Shown here: positions 1 to 12,526 of the stretch, piece after piece
How the letters are laid out: every line of letters begins with the position of its first letter
How positions within the stretch are numbered: position 1 is the stretch's first letter
Assembly (NCBI GenBank): GCA_048213135.1
Contig: PS015153.1
Coordinates: 18,962-58,540, forward strand
Reading direction: 5' to 3'
DNA length: 39,579 nucleotides
DNA from: Reclinomonas americana ATCC 50394
Lineage: Eukaryota
Position numbers and translations under genes: made by a program
The notes under the pieces: generated by a model
Seen by the model: only the letters and a program-made list of their open reading frames with translations
Databases searched by the model: none
Told to the model about the DNA's origin: nothing

Positions 1-4
1 CCAG

Positions 5-3000
5 GCATCACCCAAACCACCTCCACTCTCCGCCTACCACGCCGTGATCACCGCCATGTGCAAGAACGGACTCGTGGCTGGCGCGCATGACCAGGTACCC
101 ATCCCTCCTGTCTCCGCTGTTCACACACCGTCCTCGTTCTCACCCTCTTCTTCTTGCACGAAGTGGTGGCCTCGCATTCGCCAACTGTACGGCGAACCCG
201 AGGAGAAAATGTACAACCTGCTCATTCGCTCGTGCGCCACGGCCGACTTTGGACCGCGCGTGGATCTCGCCGCCCGCCTGCTCGACGAGATGAGGAGGCA
301 TGTAGTGGCGCCGTCCAAGCACACGTGCATTGCGTTATTTCATGTTGCGTGAGGGAGGCAGGGAGGGAGGGATGAGGTCGATGTGAATGCAACTCCTCTG
401 CGGACACTTTCCTTTGCCTGCGACGCACTCACTGAGACAGCAAGAGACGTGACTTTAAGTCGTTACTCCTTCCCCTCTTTGCGCACTCGCAGAGAGAGAG
501 AGAGAGAGAGAGAGAGCGCGATCTCCTTCACGGTAGCTTGATGCAGCTCCTCGCCGGCATCCCCCTTTTATGGGCACATGCATTGAGTAGAGACAGATGT
601 GTGTTTACTCTCGTTTCTCAGCCTTTGTTGTGCAGACAGATACACGCACGCACGTACATAGTGAGGAGAGTGCCGTGCGGTTCCACCAATGTTCTCCTCT
701 CCGTCACCTTCGCACGCACTTGCTGAGAGATGGTAGCGTGATGCAATTCAGTCTGCCGTTTCCTCCCTTTCATGACACACGTGTTGAGGGAGAAACAGGT
801 GTGATGTTGCTGTCGTTTCTCCTCTGCCTTTGTTTCTCAGACAATTACGCAGATATATATAGAGAGACGTGAGCTCCACTGGTACTCTCCTCTACTTCAC
901 ATTCGCACATGCTGGGAGGCGGAAGCTTGATGCAGCTCCTCTGCCGTTTCCTCCCTTTCATTGACACACGTGTTGAGGGAGAAACAGGTGTGATGTTGCT
1001 GTCGTTTCTCCTCTGCCTTTGTTTCTCAGACACGAGAGAGAGAAAGAAAGCGACATTTGACTACATGGAGTATTCTCCTCTCCTTCACCTCCGCACAGTC
1101 TAAGAGACGGTTGCTTGATGCAGCTCCTCTGCACTTTCCTCTCATTATTGGCACGTATTGAATGGAAACAGATGTGTCTTGGCTGTTGTTTCCCTTTGCC
1201 TTGTTACGTAAGCAAGATCACAGAGAGAGAGAGCGAGAGACAGAGCAACGTACACTCGTTTGTGGCATGTGTCCTGCTTTATCTTCTCTTCCCCTTCCGT
1301 TCGTCTCCCACCCTTCTCACACTTAACCTTCCCCTTGTCATAGGTCTTCGGTCNNNNNNNNNNNNNNNNNNNNGAAGGAGATGTGGAGACGAAGAGAGCA
1401 AGAAGAGAGAGAACGAGGCGAGAGCAAGAAGAAGAATTGACACGAGAAAACTGAGAAGAAGAAGACGAAGAAGGCGAGAACGTAATGCTGTGAGAGCGAG
1501 AGGAAAACGGGATGAGAAAGAGAGGAGGGTGAAGGGCACGAGAGCAGGAGATGATGGAAACGGTTGTGAGGAAGGAGATTGCGAAGTGAACGGATGCGAG
1601 GGCGAGAGAGAGAGAGGAACAGATACAATGAGAGACAAACCGGCCAGCTGACTCGGCGTGGGCGTGGCCGACAGCGGCGCGCAGGCAGCAATGAGGGCGT
1701 TGAAGGCGCTCAAGGCGTGCTTTTCGTACTTGCGCGTCGGACCTGCGACACGAATCAGAAGAATGCTTCTCACCATGAACAGTGACTCTTCGCGGCGCAC
1801 CACTGTCATAAAATGCCTCCCACGTTCGCCTGGCTGCTTCCGCCTGACCGCACTGCACAGCGGCCACCACGTAGGCGCTCATGGCGTTGGCGCTGGTGGG
1901 TGCCACCTCGCGGAGCTAGTTTGAGGGTTTTCTGGACGTCGGGCCAGCTGCGGGCGCNNNNNNNNNNNNNNNNNNNNNNNNNNNNNNNNNNNNNNNNNNN
2001 NNNNNNNNNNNNNNNNNNNNNNNNNNNNNNNNNNNNNNNNNNNNNNNNNNNNNNNNNNNNNNNNNNNNNNNNNNNNNNNNNNNNNNNNNNNNNNNNNNNN
2101 NNNNNNNNNNNNNNNNNNNNNNNNNNNNNNNNNNNNNNNNNNNNNNNNNNNNNNNNNNNNNNNNNNNNNNNNNNNNNNNNNNNNNNNNNNNNNNNNNNNN
2201 NNNNNNNNNNNNNNNNNNNNNNNNNNNNNNNNNNNNNNNNNNNNNNNNNNNNNNNNNNNNNNNNNNNNNNNNNNNNNNNNNNNNNNNNNNNNNNNNNNNN
2301 NNNNNNNNNNNNNNAACTCGCTTGCTCCTCATTCCCGTCGTTCGTTTCCGTGTTCTCTTTCTCTCGCTCACATCCACTCGTCTTATCTGCATTCATCTTC
2401 TTTGATCCCCCCGCCTCCCTCTCTATCTCTCTCTCCTTTCCCTCTCTGTCCCTCTCCCTTCCATCTGCTGACCGTCCATGTAACCTGCGCAGGTGGCTGG
2501 GACACGGCACTGGTACTCCTCTCACGAGCCATTGACAAATGTCGACTGACCCCCGACGTGGTGACCTTCAACTCCCTCGTCAGTGTGGCCTGGCAAGAGT
2601 ACCGAGCGGCCACCATGCATCGCCAGGGTGAGTGTTGAACTGATATGATACCAATGCGGTAGGAGCCAACTCATTTCGAATTCGTCGTCTCCCATCGTTC
2701 TACTTACGTTTGCTTGTTCCCCGCCCTCCCTTCTTCCTGTTTCCGGTTGTGCGCACTCTGTCTTTCTTCTCGTTCTCCAGTCACACATGCCGTTCCTTTA
2801 TTTGGTCGTGTCGTTCAGACTGTAATAGTCGTGTTTGCATCGGTGAGCATGCGAAGAGAGGGTGCTTTGTGTGACCACAGACCTTTGGTTTCTCCATGTA
2901 CTCGGCACGCTGGCACTAGTACATGTTACCTGCGCGCACACACAAAGGCTTCACCATCCGCTGTAGTTTAATACACCACTGGCGACTCACACTTTTCACC

Positions 3001-5364
3001 CATTGCAGCCTCGCCATCGACCGTGGCTGCCGCGAATGAGCAGGTCTCCCTCCCCCTTTCCTCTCTATGTCTCTAATTCTTTGCTATCTTCTCACACCCC
3101 CTCTCCCCCTTCCCCAGATCCTCTCCCGCCTCACACACCTCATCAACACCACCGGCTTCCACATTGGCGACAGCGAGTATTTTGCGCGCACCGTCTCACG
3201 ACTGGCGGCACGCCTGACACCGGAGCTCGTCGCCCGCCGTCTGGCCATCCAGCCAGAGCAAATCACCACGGCCGGCCTCAATGCCGAGTATCTCACTCGC
3301 CGGCTCGAGGCCGCCGCCGAACGGCGCGACGTGTCGACGGCGCTGGTGGCGTACGAGACGCTGACCGCGGCCGCGCCGCAGACACTGCAGATCGACCACC
3401 TGTTGTGGGTGCTCGAGGCGCTGCGACCGCGCGATGAGATGCAGCTGCAGCAGGCTCGTCGTGGCGCGGTGGCGAAGGAGGCGGAGGCTGCTGATGCGAC
3501 ACTGGCGCGGCAGGTGAGTCGAGGTTGTCGAAAAGTGGCTTCCGCTGTGTCGTCTTCTCACTTCTCACGCAGCCGCCCTCCGCTGCATTTTGGAACGGCG
3601 CCGAGGGACCCGTGCGCGCCATGGTGTACTACGACGAGGCCAGCAAGTCGTCAAGGCATCGCTTGCCCGTGCGCATTGCCGGTGCCGTGGTGCGCCTCTC
3701 CAGCGACGCCGAGAGCTGCGGAATTGATGTGGCGCACGATGTGCGGTGGCATTCGGCGCTCTTGAAGCTGCTGGCCCCAGAGTCCGTGCAGCCGTACTGG
3801 GGTGTGATGGTTTGTGGTCGAGCCACATCGCGAACAGCTTGTTCTCTCTGATTCACCTTGCCGCCGCCAGAACATGTACGGCATTCCACCGTCGATTCGT
3901 CTGTACAACTCGGCCATGCGCGTGGTCGCACGTGACCCTGAGCATGTGCACGAGTGTTTCATGATGTGGGACGAGTTGTCGGCGTGCGGACTGATGCCCG
4001 GCAACACGCACACCCTCAACATTTTGTTGCGCGCTTGCGTCACGGTGCGCGTGGGGACAGAGAGGGAGGACGGAGGGAAGGGAGAGAGAGTGAGGGAAGG
4101 GAGACAGAGGGTGAGGGACAGAGAGAGAGGGGGGAAGGGAGAGAGAGGAGGGAAAGGGAGAGAGAAAGAAGGGTGAAGGGAGGAAGAGAGACAGAGAGAG
4201 AGAGAGGAGTGGGAGAGAGGAGGGAGGGAGAGAGGGACGGAGGGAAGGAGAGAGAGAGAGAGGCAGAGTGAGAGAGAGGAGGGGAGGGAAGGGAGAGAGG
4301 AGGGAAAGGGAAAGAGAAAGAATGGTGAAGGGAGCAAGAGAGACAGAGAGGGAGATGCGTAGTGTTTTGTGTCTTGGCCTGAGGTGGACGCTGATTGTTG
4401 TTTGTGTTGCAGACCGCTGACCCGCAACGTGCTGCCGACTTGATGGTGTATTTTGGCGATTTGGTGAGTGCTCGGTGTATTTGTATGTGAGCGGGAGTGA
4501 CAGATTGGGAGCGGGAGTGACAGATTGGGAGCGGGAGTGCAGATAGGGAGCGGGAGCGACAGCAAGGAGCGGGAGCGACAGAAGGAGCGGGAGCGAGAGG
4601 AAGGGATGGGAGAGACAGAATGGGAATGTGAGAGACAGAAAGGGAATGTGAGAGGCAGAAAGGAATGTATTTGCCACACGCTTCCAGCGTTGATCAGCTC
4701 CTGACCGTTCTTCGGTTGGCGTGTCTCTGTCGCTCTGCTCGTCAATTTGATCTTTTACACACTCCCTTTCTTCGCACATTCCCTTGTTCGCCCCTTCCCT
4801 TTCCTCCGCATCCCTTTCCCTTGTCCCTCGCAGAACGTGCCTGCCGACACCGTGACACTGAACACACTGCTGGCCGTGTGCCTGGCGAGCAACCGCGACG
4901 GCCGCACCGCACTGCACGTGTTCCACCACATGACCGGTATCGTGTCGCGTAACGATGTGGGTCCAGTTGCGTTCTCTCGTCGAAGAGTCTCCACAACAAC
5001 ACACCCACTCATCCCTCCCTCTCTCTCCCCCTCCCAGATCGACCCACAATGGCGACTCCCGCACTCGCCAAAGGTGCCGCCCGACGCCATCACCTACGCC
5101 ACACTCCTGCGCACGCTCCTCTCCAGTCACATGGTGCACGACGCGGTGGCGTACTTTGAGGAGGCCATTCAACGCTTCCCGCACGAGACCGAGCTGTACC
5201 GCGTGACAGTCGCCGGACTCGTGTCGGGCGGACACGCCCCGCACGCGCGAAGAATACTAGAGGCGGCCAAGAATAATGGAGTAATGTTGGACGCGGATAC
5301 GATGCGCAAGGTGCAGCAGGCGCCGATGAAGCCGGCGGCGGTGCGTTTCCGCAACGTGACGTGA
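5..5364 (+). CDS. Pentatricopeptide-repeat (PPR) protein, multi-exon, 5' end outside the window
   Basis: Approximate exons 5-94, 164-343/348, [inverted 1915-1801 and 1742-1641], 2493-2627, 3009-3043, 3118-3513, ~3573-3809, ~3871-4044, 4413-4463, 4834-4956, 5038-5364. PPR-like motifs: AYHAVITAMCKNG, MYNLLIRSCA...LLDEMRR, PDVVTFNSLV, PSIRLYNSAM, TLNILLRAC, DTVTLNTLLAVC, PDAITYATLL. Confidence 0.85.
385..1220. repeat. Degenerate ~190-bp tandem repeat in PPR intron
   Basis: Motif (c)ttgatgcagctcctc...gacacacgtgttgagggagaaacaggtgtgatgttgctgtcgtttctcctctgcctttgtttctcagaca recurs at about 537, 738, 927 and 1114; the two middle copies are near-identical. Confidence 0.8.
1641..1915 (-). CDS. Two PPR exons in inverted orientation on a gap-flanked contig
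   Basis: Minus strand reads LREVAPTSANAMSAYVVAAVQCGQAEAARRTWEAFYDS, then a GT-AG intron (1800-1743), then GPTRKYEKHALSAFNALIAACAPLS...QLA. It ends in phase 1, matching the phase-1 start of the + exon at 2493. Confidence 0.7.
4488..4600. repeat. ~20-bp minisatellite in PPR intron
   Basis: gagcgggagtgacagattgg-like unit, about 6 copies. Confidence 0.75.
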
Positions 5365-5432
5365 CGCGACACGACGAGGACAATAAAATTAATTGAGAAA
5401 ATTGGCAAGACAGCAAGTGGGGTGGAGTGGTC

Positions 5433-7516
5433 CTAGTCCGTGTACTCGTCCATGTCTGCGGGGAAGGGGAGTGAGAAGTGGAAGAGTGCGAAAGAGATGT
5501 GAGGAAAAGGAGGGGCATACCGTAGAGGACGTTGTAGCGGTCGCACAGCTGTGGAGGAGGTGAGCAAGAGAAGGGGATCAAGGGAGAGGGACGAAGAAAT
5601 ACTCACCTCAGCATACCTACAAGAGGAGAGGAGAAGCCAGTGAGTGACAATCGAGACACGATCGCATGACCGCAAGGCTCACCATGAGGGCGCAAAATCG
5701 AGGCCGTCCTCGGTGTAGTCCTCGGTGAACTCCTCGCCGGGGTGAATGTCGCGGAGGGCGTAGCAGTCGCCGCCGACGGTGCCGTCGGAGCCGATCTGTG
5801 TGAGAGGAGAGGGATGGAGTGATTAGGGGAAAGGGGGAAGGGAAAGGGGGAAAAGGCGAAGGTGAGTCACGTGATGAGTGCGCCTTCCGTCTAACTCATT
5901 CACAAGACTCAAGAAAGGTAGGAACACGTAAGCAATGAGAATAAATGCAGCATGTAGTGTTTAGTGTGTGCGAATGAGAGTGTGCTTGCTCTTCCTTCGC
6001 CATTACCCCCACATTGCTGTCTTTTCTCAACCACTTCTCACTCTCACTCGCAGCGTTCGCAGGAACTAATTGTTTCCCTTGAACGAGGACATGCAACGCT
6101 CTGCGCGATCCAGGTCAGCTCACCTCGCCGCAGCGACATTCACAATACTGCACGCACTCATCTCACCTCATTCCGCTCCCTGTGCATTCAAACTTTCTTC
6201 CTCTGCGTGGTTTCTCATCCACTTCTCAATCTCATCCAGAAGCACTCATTCTTGGTGGAGACAGGGTTTCGTTTTGAAGAGGAAAACGAATGCTCTGCGC
6301 AATCCACTACTCTACAAGACCACACACGGCACTCGTTCTTCGTCTCTCTCTCTCTCTGTACCGTACATCCGCCTTGGCCGTACAGCAGNNNNNNNNNNNN
6401 NNNNNNNNTGACTCTCCAATTCTCTCTCCTTCTCCTCGTCTTCTCTTCTCACTCTGCTCTATTCTCTGCTGTACGGCCAAGGCGGATGTACGGTACTAGT
6501 CTAGTTCTTTTCTTCTTTCTTTCTTTCTTTCTCTCTCTCGCTCTCTTTCTTACATTCTTTCATTCTTTCATGCACTGGAGATACTGTTTCGTTTGGACAA
6601 GAACATGCAACGCTCTGCGCAATCCAGGTCAGCTGACTTTTCTCTCGTTCTCACAAGACTGCACGCTGCACTCATTCTTCGTCTCTCCTCCTTTCTTTCT
6701 CTTTTCCTTTCCTTTCTCCCCTCCCCTTTCCCCTTTCCTTCCTTTCCCTCAAGACTGAACCGTGCACTCATCTCACCTCATTCCTCTATCCATGCCTTCA
6801 CCCGTTTTCCTCTGCCTGTCATCCAACTCATCTGCTTCCCATCCTCATTCACATGCACTCATTCTCAGTGGAGATACTGTTTCGTTTGGACAAGAACATG
6901 CAACGCTCTGCACGATCCAGGTCACCTGACTTTTCTTGTTCTCACAAGACTGCACACTGCACTCATTCTACGTCTCTCCTCCTTTCTTCCTTTTTCCCTT
7001 CCCTTTCCCTCCCTTCCCCCCTTTCCCTCCCTTCCCCCCTTTTCCCTCTTTGCCCCTTCCCCCTTCTCCCCCTTTCCACTCACCGTGGCCTCCTTCGCAT
7101 GATTGACAAACCTCCCATCATCCGACAAATGCACCAACACCTCCGCCTCCTCGCCCTCCTTCCCCTCCTCCGCCCACGTGTGCATCAAGTACGTGCGCCG
7201 CTCATCGTCGCTGCTCAAGCCCGCCAACAGCGCACGCCCTTCACTGACAGTCAGTCGCTCCATGCGCGCCTTGGCAACGCACCAGACGAGCTGAGCGAAG
7301 AAGAGAAAGGAGAAACAAGACAAAAACCGAACATGAGATTGATTGTGCGCATCTGAGCCTCTCTCTCTCACTCTCTCTCTCTCACACACACATGCACACG
7401 ATCGCTCACATGCTGTCACACAATCACTCACTCTTTCACATGATCATTCACATGATCGTTCACTCGCTCACACTCTTGCTCTTCCTTCCCTCATCTCCGC
7501 CTCTCCCCCTCCCTTC

Positions 7517-7554
<38 letters not shown>

Positions 7555-7689
7555 CACACACACACACACACACACATACACACACACACTCTCTGTCTGT
7601 CACGCAACTGTGCCCTTTGGAACAAACTGCGCAGCAAACACGCCCTTTCCCTTCCCGTCCGACTCCTTGACTTCATACGCGACGTTCAT
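5433..7689 (-). CDS. Small stand-alone SET-domain protein (putative lysine methyltransferase)
   Basis: Exons 7689-7609, 7290-7084, ~5796-5684, 5616-5607, 5548-5521, 5455-5433 join in frame: MNVAYEVKESDGKGKGVFAAQFVPKGTLVW...DDGRFVNHAKEAT...DCYALRDIHPGEEFTEDY...WYAELCDRYNVLYDMDEYTD*. SET signatures present: GxGVFA, RFxNH, ALRDIxxGEExxxDY. Confidence 0.88.
6070..6980. repeat. Degenerate repeat array (about 300-bp spacing) in SET intron 2
   Basis: acatgcaacgctctgc..atccaggtca at about 6089, 6603 and 6896 (weaker copy at about 6290), with shared flanks ggagatactgtttcgtttggacaag and caagactgcac. Confidence 0.75.
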
Positions 7690-7925
7690 GGCTTCGTCTC
7701 TCTCACAGAGTGTCTCTCAGACTGCCTTTGCTCTCACTGGTGAGTGTGTCCGAGGTGATGTGTCATGAACTCGGACATTGCAATTGTTCCGTGCAATATC
7801 AGCAACAAACAAAGCACCAGGTTTGATGGAAGTCGAAGCATGCACGAAACAACACAAACGCCCTCAATGACGCACCGGTCAGCTCTGCTTGTCAAGTGGA
7901 GCCTGCAACTTTCGCAAACAGCAGA

Positions 7926-8070
7926 AACAATTCATTCACCATCAACAGCTGTCTTGACGACTAAGTCCAAACGTATCCAAAACATCAAAGCAAACAGCAG
8001 TCTTGAGGCAGCAGCAGGTTTCTTGTGTGTGTTTGCTCTCGGAGCTTCGAACAAGTCGAGAACTGCGATC
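7926..8070 (+). repeat. Interspersed repeat, copy A
   Basis: caattcattcacc...cgtatccaaaacatcaa..gcaaaca.cagtcttgaggcagcagc.ggtttct(gt)n..gctctcggagcttcgaacaagtcgagaactgcgatc; shared with 33410-33604, 16836-16895 and the inverted 35869-35920. Confidence 0.75.
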
Positions 8071-8169
8071 TCCCCGCATAACAGCTCGCACCAAAAGCAT
8101 TCCCTTCACCCTCATCCCTTCTGCACCTCAAGCATTGCATTTCCATTACCACTCTTCCCCACCCTCACA

Positions 8170-11100
8170 TTACAACATTGGCGATCCCACTCTCCTCGGC
8201 GAGCGCTGCCCGTCAAACAACGCCGTCGGTCGCAGCGGCGAACTCCCTCCTCCTCCTCCACCACCACCTCCTCCGCCTGCGGTCGGCGACATTCTCCCAC
8301 TTCCACTCCTCGCCAGCGTCGCCGCATCATCGTGGTGATAGTCGTCGTCGCCCTTGGCGGGATAGTTGAGGATGCCGTCGCACATGCGGTCCTGGTACCA
8401 CGAGCCGGAGAACACGCTGCCGTTTGCGTACTCGAAGCGACCTTGGCCGGATTTCTTGCCGTCGATGAAACGGCCCTGCGAGGGTGAGGGAGGGAGAGAA
8501 AGAGAGAGGGGAAAGAGGGTGAGTGAGTGAGGGAGGGGGAGGGAGGGAGAGAATGAAAGAGAATGAGAGTGTGAGAGCGCGACAGTGAGTGACGGGATGG
8601 AGGGAGGGCGCAAGTATGAGAGGAGAAAGGGCGGGAGGAGGGAAAACGGGACAGTGATCATGAGGGTGGGAGGGAGGGAAGAGTGAGTATGAGTTTGAGA
8701 GAGGGGATGAAGGGAGGGAGAGTAAACGGGGCGAGTTGGTGCAGGAAAGACAGAGGGAGTGAGACAGTGAGATAGAGAGACAGAGTGCAAGAAAGCGAGT
8801 CAGCAAGTGAGCAAATAATGGTGTATATGCTTGTGTGTGTGTGCGTGTGTACGCGTCGCCACTCACAGTGTAAGTTCCTTGCATGGTCTGCACATGGAGG
8901 AAGAGAGTGAGCACAAGGTTTATGAATAGAAACAGCACTCCCCAACGCACCGTCAACACTCCATGCCCGTGATACAGGCCATCCTTGAACTCGCCCTCGT
9001 AGCGGTGTGGAGTGCCGGGTGTGGAGTTGTCCACCAGCAGGCCCTTGAGCATTTCGTCGTCGAGCCATTCGCCCTCGAAGCGCGATCCGTTCTCAAACAC
9101 AAAGATGCCACGTCCTTCCCGCTTGCCAAAGTTCCACTGGCCTGTGGAGAGAGAACGTAAGAGGAAGAAGTGAGCAATCAGTGACAGAGGAACGAGAGAG
9201 AGAGAGCGGAACGGGGAGGATCAGAGAATCTCGTTCACCCTCCTGTTGCATAAACAGTGCATGTCAAGAATGATGGCTGAATCGACAGGGTGCGAGTGCA
9301 CGCTGCCGAGCAATCAGTGCCGCCCTCTCTCAATTGACGCACGCAGAACGTCAAACTGTTGGGTGCGTTTCCTCAATCTGGGTGGGTCAGCTGGCTCTTC
9401 TGTCTCCTCTCACTTATCCTTGTAACTTACTTCGCGCCAAGCTTTTCTTTGTGCTTCTGACTCTGTTTCTCTCCTTCTGCTTCGTCTCCTTCTCTTTCCA
9501 CCACTCTTCTCCCCCCTCCTCCCTTAATAGTAGTCTCCTTCTTCCTATCCTCCTATCACATGGATGGGTCCCACATATCTAGCCTCTCCTTCCCCCCATA
9601 TGTCGCCTTCCCCACGAACTTCCTTCGCCCCAAGCTTCACTTTCGTTCTTCTGACTCTCCAAATTCTCATCATTCTCCTTCGTCTTCTCTTTCTACCACT
9701 CTGCCTCTAATTTCTCCACATCTTCCTGTCACTGGTTCCAATCCTCTTTCTCGTACATTCTTTACCCCTCTCCTCTTCCCTTTCCCGTCTCACTGTCTCC
9801 CCTCGTTTCTCATTTCCACCACTCCTCTCACAGCCCCCTCGTTTCACCTCTCTGCGCATTTCCCTGTCTTCTCTCTCACCCCTCTCCCCTCCTTTCCCTT
9901 CCCCCTTTCCCCCTCTCCCCCTCTCCCCCTCTCCCCCTCCCCCCTCTCCCCCTCCCCCCTCTTACTCACCATCATACACCGCTCCACTCGCATAGATAAA
10001 CACGCCATGCCCATGGCGCATGTCATCGCGAAACTGTCCCGTGTACTTGCCGCCACCCATCGGATACCGAAACTCGCCACGCTGCAGGTGATCCAATCGG
10101 AAGCTGCCGTCAAACACACACCCGTTGCTCATCTCCAGCCGCCCGCGACCGTGCCTCTGGTCCTCGGCCCACGTGCCCGTGTACACACTGCAGTCGCTGT
10201 AGTGGCAGCTACCCTCGCCGTGCCGCTTGTCGTGCGCCCACATGCCTGGCGGGGGCGGTGAGTGGGGGAGGAGAAAGGGGTAGAGAGAGAGGGATTAACC
10301 TTCGTATCGCGCTCCGTCCGTGTAGTAATGCGTCCCCCTTCCGTGTCGCATGTTATGGTAAAATTCACCCACATAGATCTGGAGCCAGGTGGGTGAGTTA
10401 ATGTGTAATGCTCATTCGTCCTCCACATTTGTCGAACCTGCCCATTCGCATACTCGAACCGCCCCTCCGCAATCTCGTCCTTGATGAAGGTGCCAGAGAA
10501 CTTGGAACCCTTCGTGGTCACAAAGGAGCCCATGCCGTGCCGCTGGTCGTTGCGCCAGTCACCTGTCGCGATGGTGGGTGGGATGACAGCGTGAAGAGGG
10601 TTTCGACAAGCAACTCACCAATGTATGTTCCATGCGGTCCAGTCAGCGTACCATGTCCGTTTCTCATACCGTGTGCGAACTCGCCCTCTGAAATTATCGA
10701 GAGAAGAAGAGTGCTGTGAGAGATAGAGGGAGAGACACAGCCACGATCCACATCTCAATTATGTCTCGCCATCTCACAATCCTCAGCAAGACAAAGGACA
10801 AGCATTACAAGGCGCTCTAATCAATCTCCAGCAAGAAAGGACTGAGCGCCAGCATGAGCTCACATCTCCTCCTGTCTCTCAGTCTCACCCACTCTCGGGG
10901 TGCATTACACATCCCCCTCCTCAACCCGCGCCTTTCCCTCTTTCGCCACACAGAATGAACAAGGAGGCATCAATCAGCGACCACTGCTCAGTCTCTCTTC
11001 ACCTCTTTCGCACTCTCAGCCTGACTCTCCGCCTTGCGCCCTTTCAGTATGAACACGCATTGCACGGCGCTCTCATCCCTCTCCCCCTCCCAGCAAGAAG

Positions 11101-12369
11101 GACACAGCTTCGAATGAGTGCACAACTCTTGTAAATCACTGTCTCCATGACTCACGGAGCATCACACTTCGCTCACAAATCTCTCCCCTCAACCTGCGCC
11201 TTTCCCACTTCCCCCCCGTCGAGGAAAGACGGAGGACGAAAGAGCAACGTAAAATCATCACTCTTGTTCAACAAAGTCACTCCGCATTGCGCTCTCACAG
11301 CAAGACAAATAGCACGCATCACATGGCGGTCTTATCCCTCCCCAGCAAGAAAGGACTGAGCTACAACTTGTGGCCATCTGCCTGTCTCTCTGACCTCTCA
11401 GCGAACACGCATTACAAGGTGTTCATTTCACTCTCCAGCAAGAAAGGACTGAGCTGCAACATGAGCCCACCTCCCAATCCTCAGCCCGTCTCTCAGTCTC
11501 AGGCAAGGCAGTGAACACGCAATCTTATCTCTCTCCCTCCCTCTCCGCAAGATGGAGAAGAAACCAATTACTGAGCCCACAAGACCGTCTCATTTGGCAC
11601 TATCTCACTTCCATTAGGCACCCTTCCCTCCTACCCTTCCCACAAGTCCGTCTCCTTTCTCTTCTATCGACAGGACAAGACACCCTTCCCTCTCCTCTTC
11701 CCTCTCCTTCTCACCATATGCAGATCCATCGGGAAAGTGCAGCACGCCATGATACACAGTCGACGCCTCCAAATCCGCCTCCAGCAACTGTCGCTGTGGC
11801 GACATGCGCCTCGGCGATTGTCGCTGTTGCAATAACTGTTGATCGGCGTCGAGCTCAGCGCGTTCTCGGAGCTGTGAGAGAAGAGGAGAAGAGTGAGAGG
11901 AGTGAGGACTGCTTCGATATTATCGATATCTGAGTGAGGAGAGAGAGAGAGAGGGACGAGGAGGCACAGACAGAGGAGAGGGCTTTCTTCGATATCTTGG
12001 CTGCTGATTGTGATCCGAGGGAGTGTGTGAGAGAGAGGCAGAGAGAGAGAGAGGCAGAGGGAGAGCGCGCGTGAGGACAGTCAGAGAATGCCTGAGTGAC
12101 ACAGAGAAAGACCTGAGCGATCTGCTGAGAAAAGATGAGAAGATCAAGAACACCACGACTCGCCTCTCTCCCACACTGACTCCTGCTGAGGCACTGGCGA
12201 GTCCTCTCCTCTCGCACGCACTCTCCTCTTCTTCTTCCTCTCTCTCTCTCTCTCTCACTCTTTCTCCACTCTCTCTCTCTCTCTTCCCTTCCTGCGCAAC
12301 ATGACGAGTGGCATCGATGGACGAGTACACCAACCCGGGCGTGGGTGTGGTCACTTGGTCGGCCAGCAT
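8170..12369 (-). CDS. MORN-repeat protein, multi-exon
   Basis: Many YxGxWxxDxRHGxG units: YTGTWAEDQRHGRG, FDGSFRLDHLQRG, YTGQFRDDMRHGHG, FEGEWLDDEMLKG, YEGEFKDGLYHGHG, FSGSWYQDRMCDG. Stop at 8170. The 5' exons (MLADQVTT...ATRH, QIAQ, LRERAELD...FPDGSAY) are less certain. Confidence 0.85.
10780..11600. repeat. Degenerate repeat array in MORN intron
   Basis: ccagcaagaa(a)ggac recurs at about 10828, 11091, 11342 and 11435; gaacacgca(tt) also recurs. Confidence 0.65.
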
Positions 12370-12526
12370 CCGCAAAGAGACAGCGTGAGCGAGAGTGTGT
12401 TCGACGTTGGGTGAGAGGCGTTGTGGGACTCGGCGACGTTGCCAGAGCCAGTGTCAGCTTGACACTCGATATGTGCATACGATATGCTTGCAAGCGTTTA
12501 TTCAACGAAGCAAGCCCTGTCGCTCA

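Noticed and set aside
3651-5244. Long S/L/P- or R/E-rich ORFs here and elsewhere (for example 20937-21978, 28684-29751, 34764-35444)
   Set aside because: Stop-free (CT)n/(GA)n intron sequence or ORFs spanning N gaps; not credible proteins.
11905-12010. Possible extra MORN micro-exons (DIDNIEA-like)
   Set aside because: Their phases do not join the flanking exons, and the model closes in frame without them.
12285-12300. Apparent non-canonical GA donors (GCAG|GAAGGG here and GCAG|GAGGGA at 28914)
   Set aside because: Both are explained by adjacent in-phase GTTG(C/A)G donors at 12300 and 28920.
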